Shown here: positions 10,915 through 19,907 of the stretch, piece by piece
Layout of the letters: every line of letters starts with the position of its first letter
How positions within the stretch are numbered: the first letter of the stretch is position 1
NCBI GenBank assembly: GCA_965224485.1
Contig: CBDCZH010000010.1
Span: 224,001-288,000 of the forward strand
Source: Arcobacteraceae bacterium
Lineage (GTDB): Bacteria; Campylobacterota; Campylobacteria; Campylobacterales; Arcobacteraceae
DNA: 64,000 nt
Direction: 5' to 3'
Notes under the pieces: generated by a model
Databases searched by the model: none
What the model was told of the DNA's origin: nothing
The model's input: the letters and a program-made list of their open reading frames with translations, nothing else
Made by a program: the position numbers and the translations under genes

Positions 10915-11691
10915 TTATATAAGTTCTTTCATATCTTTAATAGCTTGCGCTAAACCAGTAAAAACACAACGAGCTATAATACTTTGTCCTATATTTAACT
11001 CTTCTATATGTTTAATATTTGTGATTAAAGAAACGTTTTGATAATTTAAACCATGACCGGCCGCTACTTTTAAATCAAGATTATGTGCTTGTAAAGAGGC
11101 TTTCTTTAGCTTTTTTCTTGCTTGTTTTAATAGTGTGCTAAGCTCGTCTTTACTTAAATCTAAGTCTTTTATACAATGATGTGAGTTTTTTAAATTACCA
11201 TGTAACATGGCATAAACATTTGCAAATAAACCAGTATGAAGCTCAATCCATTCTACTTGTAATTGCTGTGATAATTCAATCATTTCTTCATTTGGATCTA
11301 TAAATAAAGATACTTCTATTTCTTGTTCTTGTAATTTTAAAACTACATTTTTTATTTTCTCAAAGTTTGATTTTAAATCTAAACCACCTTCTGTTGTAAC
11401 TTCTGCTCTGTTTTCTGGAACTAAAGTTACTCTAGAAGGTTTTAACTTACAGGCAATTTTAATAATGTCTTCATTTATTGAACATTCTAAATTAATAGGC
11501 AGAGTTGAAAGTTTAATAATAGCTTTAACATCATCATCATGAATATGACGTCTGTCTTCTCTTAAATGAATAGTAATTTGATCAGCACCACTTAATTTAC
11601 AAATTCCAAGAGCATCTAGGGGTGATGGGTCATTAATCGCTCTAGCCTCTCTTAAAACTGCAATATGGTCGATATTTACACCAAGTTTCAT
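10915..11691 (-). CDS. pdxJ: pyridoxine 5'-phosphate synthase
   Basis: LGVNIDHIAVLR, HLREDRRHI, AAGHGLNY, ELNIGQSII. Confidence 0.97.
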   Translation of the reverse strand: MKLGVNIDHIAVLREARAINDPSPLDALGICKLSGADQITIHLREDRRHIHDDDVKAIIKLSTLPINLECSINEDIIKIACKLKPSRVTLVPENRAEVTTEGGLDLKSNFEKIKNVVLKLQEQEIEVSLFIDPNEEMIELSQQLQVEWIELHTGLFANVYAMLHGNLKNSHHCIKDLDLSKDELSTLLKQARKKLKKASLQAHNLDLKVAAGHGLNYQNVSLITNIKHIEELNIGQSIIARCVFTGLAQAIKDMKELI

Positions 11692-11728
11692 TTTTTTCCT
11701 TTTATTTAAATTCTTATACTTATAAATC

Positions 11729-13138
11729 TTACGATAAATCTTTAAGTGTAGAAATATTTGCAGCTAATTTGTTATTAACTTCTTCATACTCAAGTTGGGC
11801 TACTGAATCAGCTACTATTCCAGCTCCTGCTTGAAAAATAACTTTATCTTTTGTTAAAAGTGTTGTTCTAATTGTAATCGCAGAGTCCATATTTCCATCA
11901 AAACCAAAATAAGCAATACTTCCAGCATAAAAATTTCTTTTTACACCTTCAAATTGTGCAATAAGTTCCATTGCTCTTATTTTAGGAGCCCCCGTCATGG
12001 TTCCAGCTGTAAAGGTTGCACAAAAAAGATCAAACATATCATATTTAGGATCAATTATTGCTTCTACATCTGAGACTATATGCATAACATGAGAGTATTT
12101 TTCAATTCTCATTAAATCACTAACTTTAACTGTTCCTGTTTTGGCACAACGTCCTACATCATTTCTACCTAAATCAACAAGCATAATATGCTCAGCTCGC
12201 TCTTTATCATCAGCTAAAAGTTCTTTTTCCATTTCTAAGTCATGATCTATGGTTTTCCCTCTTTTTCTTGTACCTGCTATTGGACGTAAAAGAATATGAC
12301 CATCAACTAATCTAATCATAACCTCAGGAGAACTTCCTGCTATTGTAAAGTTCTCAAACTCTAAAAAGAACAGATATGGACTTGGATTCTTACTTCTTAG
12401 AGCTCTATAAAAACTAAGATGGTCAACTTGTGCTTTTTGTATAAAACGATTAGACATTAGAATTTGGAAAACATCACCTGATTTTATCATCTCTTTTGAT
12501 TTTGCAACCATTTCAAAAAACTTTTCTTTTGAGAAGTTAAATTTACCTTCTTCTTGTATAATTGCTTTTTTTAAAGGAGTAAAAGTATAAGGTTTAAACA
12601 ACTCTTTTTCTATATCATCTAAAAGAGGTAGTGAAGATAAAAGAGAGCTTACCATTACAAGTTTAGATGTTTTATGAGAAAAACCTAAGATTATTTTTGG
12701 TCTAATTAAGTCTAAGTCTGGAATATGTAAATCATCTTTTAAATCATCCATAAAAGGTTTTAGTTTTGGCTCAAATTCTTTACCTATATCATAAGAAACA
12801 TTTCCAATGAAACCATCAATAAGTCCAATACCAAGTTCAAGTGATTTTTCTTTGTAAAATTTTTGATCAAAATTCTTATAATATTTTTGTAAATATTTTA
12901 AAGGATTTGAATCAACTTCTTTGATTTCACCTTCTTCATTTTCAAAGAAAGTTTTAGAATTTTCATTCCAAATTCTTTCTCTTTTCCCTATTATTATATA
13001 AGAATAGTTACCATCAGTTGAGTTAATAGTACTTTCAAATAAAAACGTAATTTCATTTTTAAAAATGTTTTTAACTTTTTCATAAATTGAAACAGGTGTA
13101 AACTGGTCTAAAAATAACTCTTTTGTATAAAATTCCAT
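11729..13138 (-). CDS. trpE: anthranilate synthase component I
   Basis: NPSPY, GSSPE, PIAGTRKRG, EHIMLVDLGRND, GAPKIRAM. Confidence 0.92.
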   Translation of the reverse strand: MEFYTKELFLDQFTPVSIYEKVKNIFKNEITFLFESTINSTDGNYSYIIIGKRERIWNENSKTFFENEEGEIKEVDSNPLKYLQKYYKNFDQKFYKEKSLELGIGLIDGFIGNVSYDIGKEFEPKLKPFMDDLKDDLHIPDLDLIRPKIILGFSHKTSKLVMVSSLLSSLPLLDDIEKELFKPYTFTPLKKAIIQEEGKFNFSKEKFFEMVAKSKEMIKSGDVFQILMSNRFIQKAQVDHLSFYRALRSKNPSPYLFFLEFENFTIAGSSPEVMIRLVDGHILLRPIAGTRKRGKTIDHDLEMEKELLADDKERAEHIMLVDLGRNDVGRCAKTGTVKVSDLMRIEKYSHVMHIVSDVEAIIDPKYDMFDLFCATFTAGTMTGAPKIRAMELIAQFEGVKRNFYAGSIAYFGFDGNMDSAITIRTTLLTKDKVIFQAGAGIVADSVAQLEYEEVNNKLAANISTLKDLS

Positions 13139-13146
13139 TTTTACTC

Positions 13147-14110
13147 TTATAAACTTAAAAGATAAGAACTCTTAATTTTAAGTTTTCGTCTTATATTGGG
13201 AGTATCTTTTTTTGCTTGTGCTCTGTTTGTATAAGGACCCCACAAGCACTTTAGTATAAGCAGTTCCTTTTACTATTGCTTTGTGTAAAACATATTTGAT
13301 TTTATTATCGTCAAGATTTTTAATATATTTTTTGTCAATTGTTTTTGAAAATGACCCAATTTGTATATAAATACCTTTTGTTTTTGTACTTATTTTTTTA
13401 CTTGTTTCTTTTTTTACTTTTACATTTGCAAAAAGAGATTTTTTATCTTTTATAATTTTTTTTACTTCTTTTTTAACAACTTTTGTAATACTCTTAGGTT
13501 TTCTTAAAATTTGTTTGATTTCTTGAGCTTTTGCTGTCTCTTCCATTCCAAAAATATCTTTTTCCAAAGCTTTTTTAATTTTAGAAGTTCTTTTCTCTTT
13601 TATTTTAGGAAGTTTTTGTTCTTCTTTTTCTATTGCTTTTATATCTAAAGCTTCTTTAGAACTTTTTTCTTCTATTTCAGTTTGTCTATTTTTTTCTTTT
13701 ATTGTATTTAATTTTTGATTTATTATTTTTTGATATTGTTGTTCAATATTATCATTATCTAGTACTTTGTCTTGCGAAATATTATCTTGTGAAATATTTG
13801 TAGAATCATCTTTTTGCTCATCATTATTTAAAAAACGAATTGCTAATAATGAGATTAAAAATAGTACAACTAATAAAAGTCCTAAAACCATATATTTTTT
13901 TTTGTTATTTTGTTTATTTTGATTTGGAGCTTGAAGCATGATATCATCAAGTTCTGATTCTGTTTGAATTATTTGTTCTTCATAAGGAGATGGTTCTTCT
14001 TGCGTTGGGATGTTATCTAATTGATCTAACTCTTCTAAGCGTTTTTGAATATCATCTTTTTCCTGTCTTAGTTTAACAGTTTTTATAAATTCATCACCTT
14101 TTATTTCCAT
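13147..14110 (-). CDS. SPOR-domain membrane-anchored cell division protein; apparent +1 G frameshift near 13240
   Basis: ATG 14110 with AAGGA RBS; single TM helix; 'YIQIGSFS...KVLVG'; removing one G restores VGPYTNRAQAKKD...LLSL* (stop 13147). Confidence 0.75.
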
Positions 14111-14138
14111 AATTAATCCTTTTAGAAGTCTCTTTTTA

Positions 14139-14164
14139 AAGGACAAATATAAATATTTGTCCTT
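14139..14164 (-). terminator. hairpin downstream of glyA (putative intrinsic terminator)
   Basis: AAGGACAAATAT-AA-ATATTTGTCCTT, perfect 12-bp inverted repeat. Confidence 0.6.
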
Positions 14165-14187
14165 ATTTGTACGTAATTTGTACTTAT

Positions 14188-15454
14188 TTAATAAGTACTG
14201 CTATTATAAATAATAAAGTCTTGAGCTAAAGTTTTTAACTCTTCTTTAATACTTGCTTGTAATTTTGTATTTTCAATATCATCTAAAACATCACATATTT
14301 TATTTGCAATAATTTCAAATTCTTTTTCTTTCATACCACGTGCTGTTAAAGCTGGACTTCCAACTCTAATACCTGAAGTTACAAAAGGAGATCTAGTTTC
14401 ACCTGGAACTGTATTCATATTAACAGTAATTCCAGCATTTCCTAAAGCAGCATCAGCTTGCTTTCCTGAAAAATCTTTATTTAAAAAACTTACTAAGATT
14501 AAGTGATTATCAGTTCCACCACTTACAATATCATAACCTCTTTTAATAATTACATCAGCTAAAACTTTTGTATTGTTTATAACTTGCTGTGCATATATTT
14601 TCCAAGAAGGGTCTAAAACTTCTTTAAAAGCAACTGCTTTAGCAGCAATTACATGAACTAATGGTCCACCTTGAAGTCCTGGAAAAATTGCTGAGTTAAT
14701 TTTTTTAGCAATATCTTCTTCATTTGTCATAATCATTCCACCTCTTGGACCTCTTAAAGTCTTATGAGTTGTAGTTGTTACTACATGAGCATGAGGGAAA
14801 GGAGATACATGAAGGTCAGCAGCTACTAAACCAGCAATATGTGCAATATCAGCAAATAAAATAGCGCCAACTGCATCTGCAATCTCTCTAAACTCTTTTA
14901 AAGTCAATCTCTCTTGCATATGCAGAAGCACCACATACTATAATTTTTGGTCATAGTAATCTTTAGCTATATCCATAACTCTATCATAGTTTATTCTACC
15001 GTCCAGTCTCTACACCATAATAAAATGCACTATAGTTTTTACCAGAAAATGATGGTTTAGATCCATGTGTTAAATGTCCACCATGAGATAGATCCATACC
15101 TAATATTTTGTCACCAGCTTTAATAAGTCCAGCATATACAGCACCATTTGCTTGGCTTCCTGAGTGTGGTTGTACATTAGCATATGTACATTTGAAAATT
15201 TCACAAGCTCTGTCAATTGCAAGTTGCTCAGCTTTATCAGCAAATTCACAACCTCCATAATATCTTTTAGAGGGATAACCTTCTGCATATTTATTTGTAA
15301 AAACTGATCCCATTGTTTGCATTACCGCTGGCGATGTAAAGTTTTCACTTGCAATCATCTCTAAGTGATTACTTTGTCTTTGTACTTCATCTTGTAAAAT
15401 ATCAAATATTTCTTTATCTGCTTCTTCTAGATTTTTGCTTGTAATAAAACTCAT
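14188..15454 (-). CDS. glyA: serine hydroxymethyltransferase, split by apparent indels around 14890-15010
   Basis: [14 protein letters not shown] and GGHLTHG in 14996-15454; [14 protein letters not shown] in 14188-14934; [16 protein letters not shown] readable in another frame between them. Confidence 0.93.
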
Positions 15455-15540
15455 TTAATCTCCTTTGTTTTTTAGTAGTATTGTCTTGTGCTTATAGTTT
15501 AATATGAAAAAAGGGAATAAAAGTATCACTTAACTTTATT

Positions 15541-17053
15541 CTAATCTTCGTGTAAATCTATTTCTTGTTTTATTGGTTTCATAGCTGGGAATAATAAAAC
15601 ATCTCTAATTGAGTGTTGATTCGTTAACATCATAACTAATCTATCAATTCCAATACCTTGACCAGCTGTTGGAGCCATTCCATAAGATAAAGCATTTACA
15701 AAATCTTCATCCATTTCATGAGCTTCATCATCTCCACCAGCATCTTTTGCTGCCATTTGACCTTCAAATCTTTTTAATTGATCAATAGGATCATTTAACT
15801 CAGAGAAAGCATTTGCGATTTCTCTTCCTGCAATAAATAACTCAAATCTTTCAGTTAAATGTGTTTTCTCATCATTTCTTCTAGCTAAGGGAGAAATTTC
15901 TACAGGATATTCTGTAATAAAAGTAGGGTTTATTAGTTTTTCTTCAACATACTCATCAAATAACTCACCTTGAAGTTGACCTAAATTCATATTTTCATTA
16001 ACAGTAATATTATTTTGTTTTAAATACGCAATTATTTTTTCTTTATCTTCAACAATATCAGCAGGAACATTCCCTATCTCAATTAAAGAAGTGATTAAAG
16101 GAATTTCTGAAAACTTCTCAAAATCAATCTCTTGCTCTCCATAAGGTAGGATGTTGGTAATTCTAAGTGTTCAAATAAATACTCAAAATATTCTTTTGTT
16201 AAAACAATTAAATCTTTATATGTTTTATAAGCCCAATAAAACTCAATAGATGTGAACTCTGGATTATGTGTTGCATCCATTCCTTCATTTCTAAAACATC
16301 TATTTATTTCAAATACAGCTTCAAAACCACCTACTATTAATCTTTTTAAATATAACTCAGGTGCGATTCTTAAATATCTATCAATTCCTAAAGCATTGTG
16401 ATGAGTAACAAAAGGTTTAGCATTAGCTCCACCTGGTATTGGATGCATCATTGGAGTTTCAACTTCTAAGAAACCCTTATCTTCAAAGAATCTTCTAGTT
16501 AGTGAAATAACTTTAGATCTTACATGAAAAGTTTTACGAACTTGTGAGTTCATAATTAAATCTAGGTATCTTTGTCTATATCTTAGTTCTTTATCTGCTA
16601 AACCATGATATTTTTCAGGTAAAGGAGAAATTGCTTTTGTTAAAACTTTTAAATTATTTACATGTAGTGTTAGTTCACCTTTTTGTGTAATAAATGGGTA
16701 ACCAGTAACTTCAATAATATCACCAACTTCAACAGTTTTTTTGAAAATTGTATTATAAAAATCTTCTGGTAAATTATCTCTTGCTACGTAAATTTGTAAT
16801 AAAACCTGATTCATCTTCTATTTTTAAAAAACTTGCTTTTCCCATAAGTCTGAAGAATTTAATTCTTCCTGCAAGAATATAATGTCTTTTTCATCTCTTT
16901 TATCTTTTCACTTGCAAAAAGGTCACTATTAACATTCATAAATTTTGAAACACTAGTATTTCTTTCACATTTATTAGAGTAAGGGTTAAGTCCTAATTCT
17001 CTTAATTTATCTGCTTTTTGTATTCTTTGTTGTATATATTTATTTTCAAACAA
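15541..17053 (-). CDS. lysS: lysine--tRNA ligase (class II), split into three ORFs by apparent indels
   Basis: [52 protein letters not shown]. Confidence 0.94.
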
Positions 17054-17065
17054 TATATTCTTCCT

Positions 17066-17805
17066 TTATTTGTTTTCTGTAGGAGTAAGTTTTTCAACAA
17101 TTACTTCTGCTACTGTTTCTTCTATAAGTTCAGAAGCTTTTTGCTTTATTACACTAGCTGTATCTTGTGCTTCTTGATTTAGTTTTTGAAGTCCATTATT
17201 TAACTCTTCTTTAAGAGTTTCCTTTTGTGATTCTTCTTTATTAATTGTTTTTTTAATTTCTTGTGTTTCTAAAGTTTCGTCTGCATTAGTATCAGAGCTT
17301 AAGAACTTAGAAGTATCAAGTTTAAATATAATAGAACCAGTTTCTACTAAAATAGGAAAAGTCATAGAGTTTTTAATCATATCTTTTTTATTTAAGATAT
17401 TTTTAAAAGCATTTACTTGAACAGCTAAGTATGCAACAACTGAGAAAATAAAGAATATTTTAGCCCCACCGAAGATAAAACCAACAGCTCTATCAATTAT
17501 TCCTAAACCACTCATAGCTGTTACTTTAGATACGATTAGTCCTAAAACATAAATAATTATCCAAAATCCAACTAAGGCAATTATGAAAACCAAATAGTAA
17601 TTTTGCTGAATTCACTTTGAATTGCAAGAAATGGTGCAATTTGATTTCCAACAAGTTCAGCAAAACGTTGAAGCTACAAAAAGACCTCCAATGATACCAA
17701 TTAATCCAAAAGCTTCTTTGATGAAACCTTTAAGTAAACCTTTCAATCCTAAAAGTACAGTAATTGAAAAATAATAATAATATCAAAAGTATTAAACTCT
17801 TGCAT
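17066..17805 (-). CDS. cvpA: CvpA (colicin V production) family membrane protein, frameshifted around 17600-17670
   Basis: ATG 17805 gives MQEFNTFDIIIFSITVLLGLKGLLKGFIKEAFGLIGIIGG; downstream ORF has 'GLGIIDRAVGFIFG'. Confidence 0.82.
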
Positions 17806-17831
17806 GTGCGTCCTTTTTGTAATAATTCGCA

Positions 17832-17840
17832 ATTATATCA
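17832..17840 (-). promoter_or_regulatory. extended -10 promoter (TGATATAAT) for cvpA-lysS-glyA
   Basis: Perfect TGnTATAAT 26 nt upstream of cvpA ATG. Confidence 0.6.
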
Positions 17841-17917
17841 AAAATAATCAAAATAAAAGTTTAATAGGATATATAATCTTAATAAATTTTTTCATGTATT
17901 TTTAATATTTTTTTACA

Positions 17918-17923
17918 TATAAT
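17918..17923 (+). promoter_or_regulatory. putative -10 box (TATAAT) for ispG
   Basis: TATAAT preceded by T-tracts, immediately upstream of ispG. Confidence 0.5.
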
Positions 17924-17929
17924 CCAAGA

Positions 17930-19012
17930 ATGACAGAAAGTATGATAAAAAGATACCCTACAAAAAAGATTTATGTTGGTGATGTTGCTATTGGTGGAGA
18001 TGCACCTATTAGTGTTCAATCTATGACATTTACTAAAACCTCTGATGTTCAAGGAACACTAGAGCAAATAAAAGCCTTACACTTTGCAGGTGCTGATATA
18101 GTAAGACTTGCCGTTCCAGATATGGCTGCTGCTTTAGCACTTGAAGAGATAAAAAAACACAGCTCACTTCCTATTGTTGCTGATATTCACTTTAATTATA
18201 AATTAGCTCTAATAGCTGCAAGAAGTGTGGATTGTATTCGTATAAATCCAGGTAATATTGGAAGTAAACAAAGAGTTGAACAAGTTGTTCGTGCTTGTGC
18301 TGAGCGTAAGCTACCTATAAGAATTGGTGTTAATTCAGGCTCATTGGAAAAACAATTTGAAGATAAATATGGTCAAACCCCTGAAGGTATGGTTGCTAGT
18401 GCTGATTATAATATTAAATTTTTGGAAGATTTAGGTTTTACTGATATTAAAATATCCCTAAAAGCTAGTGATGTTCAAAGAACAGTAAGGGCATATCGAG
18501 ATTTAAGACCTATGAATAATTATCCCTTTCACTTAGGAGTTACTGAAGCTGGTACGCTCTTTCATAGTACTATTAAATCTTCTATTGCTTTAGGAACTCT
18601 ATTATTAGAAGGTATTGGAGATACTATGCGTATTTCTATAACTGGTGAGTTGGAAAAAGAGATAGAAGTTGGTCGTGCTATTTTAAAAGATGCAGGTTTA
18701 ACAAAAGAAGGCGTAAATATTATTTCATGTCCTACATGTGGACGAATTGAAGCAGATTTAGTAAGCGCAGTAGCCGAAGTTGAAAAAAGAACAAAACATA
18801 TAAAAGCTCCTTTAAACCTTTCAGTTATGGGTTGTGTTGTAAATGCTTTAGGTGAAGCTAAAAGTGCTGATATCGCAATAGCTTATGGAAAAGGTTCTGG
18901 TTTAATTATCAAAAAAGGTGAAACAATAGCAAAACTTCCAACAGATGAACTCTTAGAAAGATTTATGCAAGAAGTTGAAAAAGAAGCCCAAATAATAGAA
19001 AATCAAAAATAG
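17930..19012 (+). CDS. ispG: (E)-4-hydroxy-3-methylbut-2-enyl-diphosphate synthase (start may be ATG 17942)
   Basis: [38 protein letters not shown]. Confidence 0.97.
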   Translation: MTESMIKRYPTKKIYVGDVAIGGDAPISVQSMTFTKTSDVQGTLEQIKALHFAGADIVRLAVPDMAAALALEEIKKHSSLPIVADIHFNYKLALIAARSVDCIRINPGNIGSKQRVEQVVRACAERKLPIRIGVNSGSLEKQFEDKYGQTPEGMVASADYNIKFLEDLGFTDIKISLKASDVQRTVRAYRDLRPMNNYPFHLGVTEAGTLFHSTIKSSIALGTLLLEGIGDTMRISITGELEKEIEVGRAILKDAGLTKEGVNIISCPTCGRIEADLVSAVAEVEKRTKHIKAPLNLSVMGCVVNALGEAKSADIAIAYGKGSGLIIKKGETIAKLPTDELLERFMQEVEKEAQIIENQK

Positions 19013-19110
19013 TATCATATTTAAAAGATATTAATCAATATTTAGATAAATTAAAGCAAGTAAAAAAGATTATTGATACATTTATTAATTCTCTTAGGCA
19101 TAGAATTTAG
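19003..19110 (+). pseudogene. possible C-terminal remnant of a four-helix-bundle (23S rRNA IVP/TIGR02436-like) gene
   Basis: Startless frame [35 protein letters not shown] resembles that family's last helix (by eye only). Confidence 0.35.
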
Positions 19111-19173
19111 TAATAGTGAAAAGTAAAATTATATCCTCTATTATTTCAATTGGCTAAATAAAAAGGAAGAATC

Positions 19174-19485
19174 TTGAGCAAACTTGAAATTACAAATAAA
19201 ATTAAAATTTTAAAAAATACTTTAAAGCACGATGGCTTTATAATAGATGGTTTATTCGGCTCTTATGCAAGAAATGACTTCACGCAAAAAAGTGATGTCG
19301 ATATTTTATATCATTTAGATAAAGTATTTTATGAGAAATATTCTGGTTTTAAAGGTTTTAAAAAACTTAGTGAAATTAAAGATATAATATCCAAGTCACT
19401 AAAAAAGAAAATTGATTTAGCCCCTGTAAACAATTTGTCAAAAACAGCTAAAAAGTATATATTAAAAGATGTATTGTATGTCTGA
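19174..19485 (+). CDS. minimal nucleotidyltransferase (MNT/MntA) antitoxin
   Basis: 103 aa; LFGS-x10-DVD motif; 'KKIDL'. Confidence 0.88.
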   Translation: MSKLEITNKIKILKNTLKHDGFIIDGLFGSYARNDFTQKSDVDILYHLDKVFYEKYSGFKGFKKLSEIKDIISKSLKKKIDLAPVNNLSKTAKKYILKDVLYV

Positions 19486-19819
19486 AACATCTATTGATGC
19501 TAAAATAGAATTTATATTAGAAATGATTAACAATATTGAAGAAATTACTAAAAGACATAACGGAATAGTTGATACTCTTAATGATTTTGAGGGTCAAATG
19601 GCTATTTTAATGGGCTTGTCACAAATTGGTGAAACACTTAAGAAAATACCAGATGATATAATTAATAAAAATGATTTAAAAGAAGATAAAGAAGGTGCTT
19701 ATTATACACGTAATTATATCGTTCATGATTATGAAGGTGTAGACTTAGGATTTATTGAGAATATTCTTAGAGAGTATTTGCCGTCTTTAAAAAATAAATT
19801 AGAAAATATTATAAAATAA
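19478..19819 (+). CDS. HEPN (DUF86/HepT-like) ribonuclease toxin
   Basis: RNYIVHDY (Rx4HxY) motif; 'QIGE'; overlaps MNT stop by 8 nt. Confidence 0.88.
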   Translation: MSETSIDAKIEFILEMINNIEEITKRHNGIVDTLNDFEGQMAILMGLSQIGETLKKIPDDIINKNDLKEDKEGAYYTRNYIVHDYEGVDLGFIENILREYLPSLKNKLENIIK

Positions 19820-19851
19820 GAAAAAAGGAAGTAATAATAAATGATTAATAA

Positions 19852-19893
19852 CCATCAACTATCAACTATAAAGCATACACTATTAACTAAATA
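19852..19893 (+). repeat. degenerate 7-nt tandem repeat (6 units)
   Basis: CCATCAA CTATCAA CTATAAA GCATACA CTATTAA CTAAATA between HEPN gene and dnaB. Confidence 0.65.
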
Positions 19894-19907
19894 TTATTCA
19901 TTAAAAA

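Noticed and set aside
14111..14146. ORF-track start of the SPOR gene at 14146
   Set aside because: Lies within the glyA terminator hairpin; ATG 14110 has an AAGGA RBS.
14188..17053. glyA and lysS as true pseudogenes or programmed frameshifts
   Set aside because: Core genes with intact motifs and scattered indels in an error-dense stretch; assembly error is more parsimonious.
19852..19893. Heptad array or hairpins as a CRISPR array, integron attC sites or DGR
   Set aside because: No repeat-spacer structure, no cas, integrase or reverse transcriptase genes, no attC core sites, no TR/VR pair seen.
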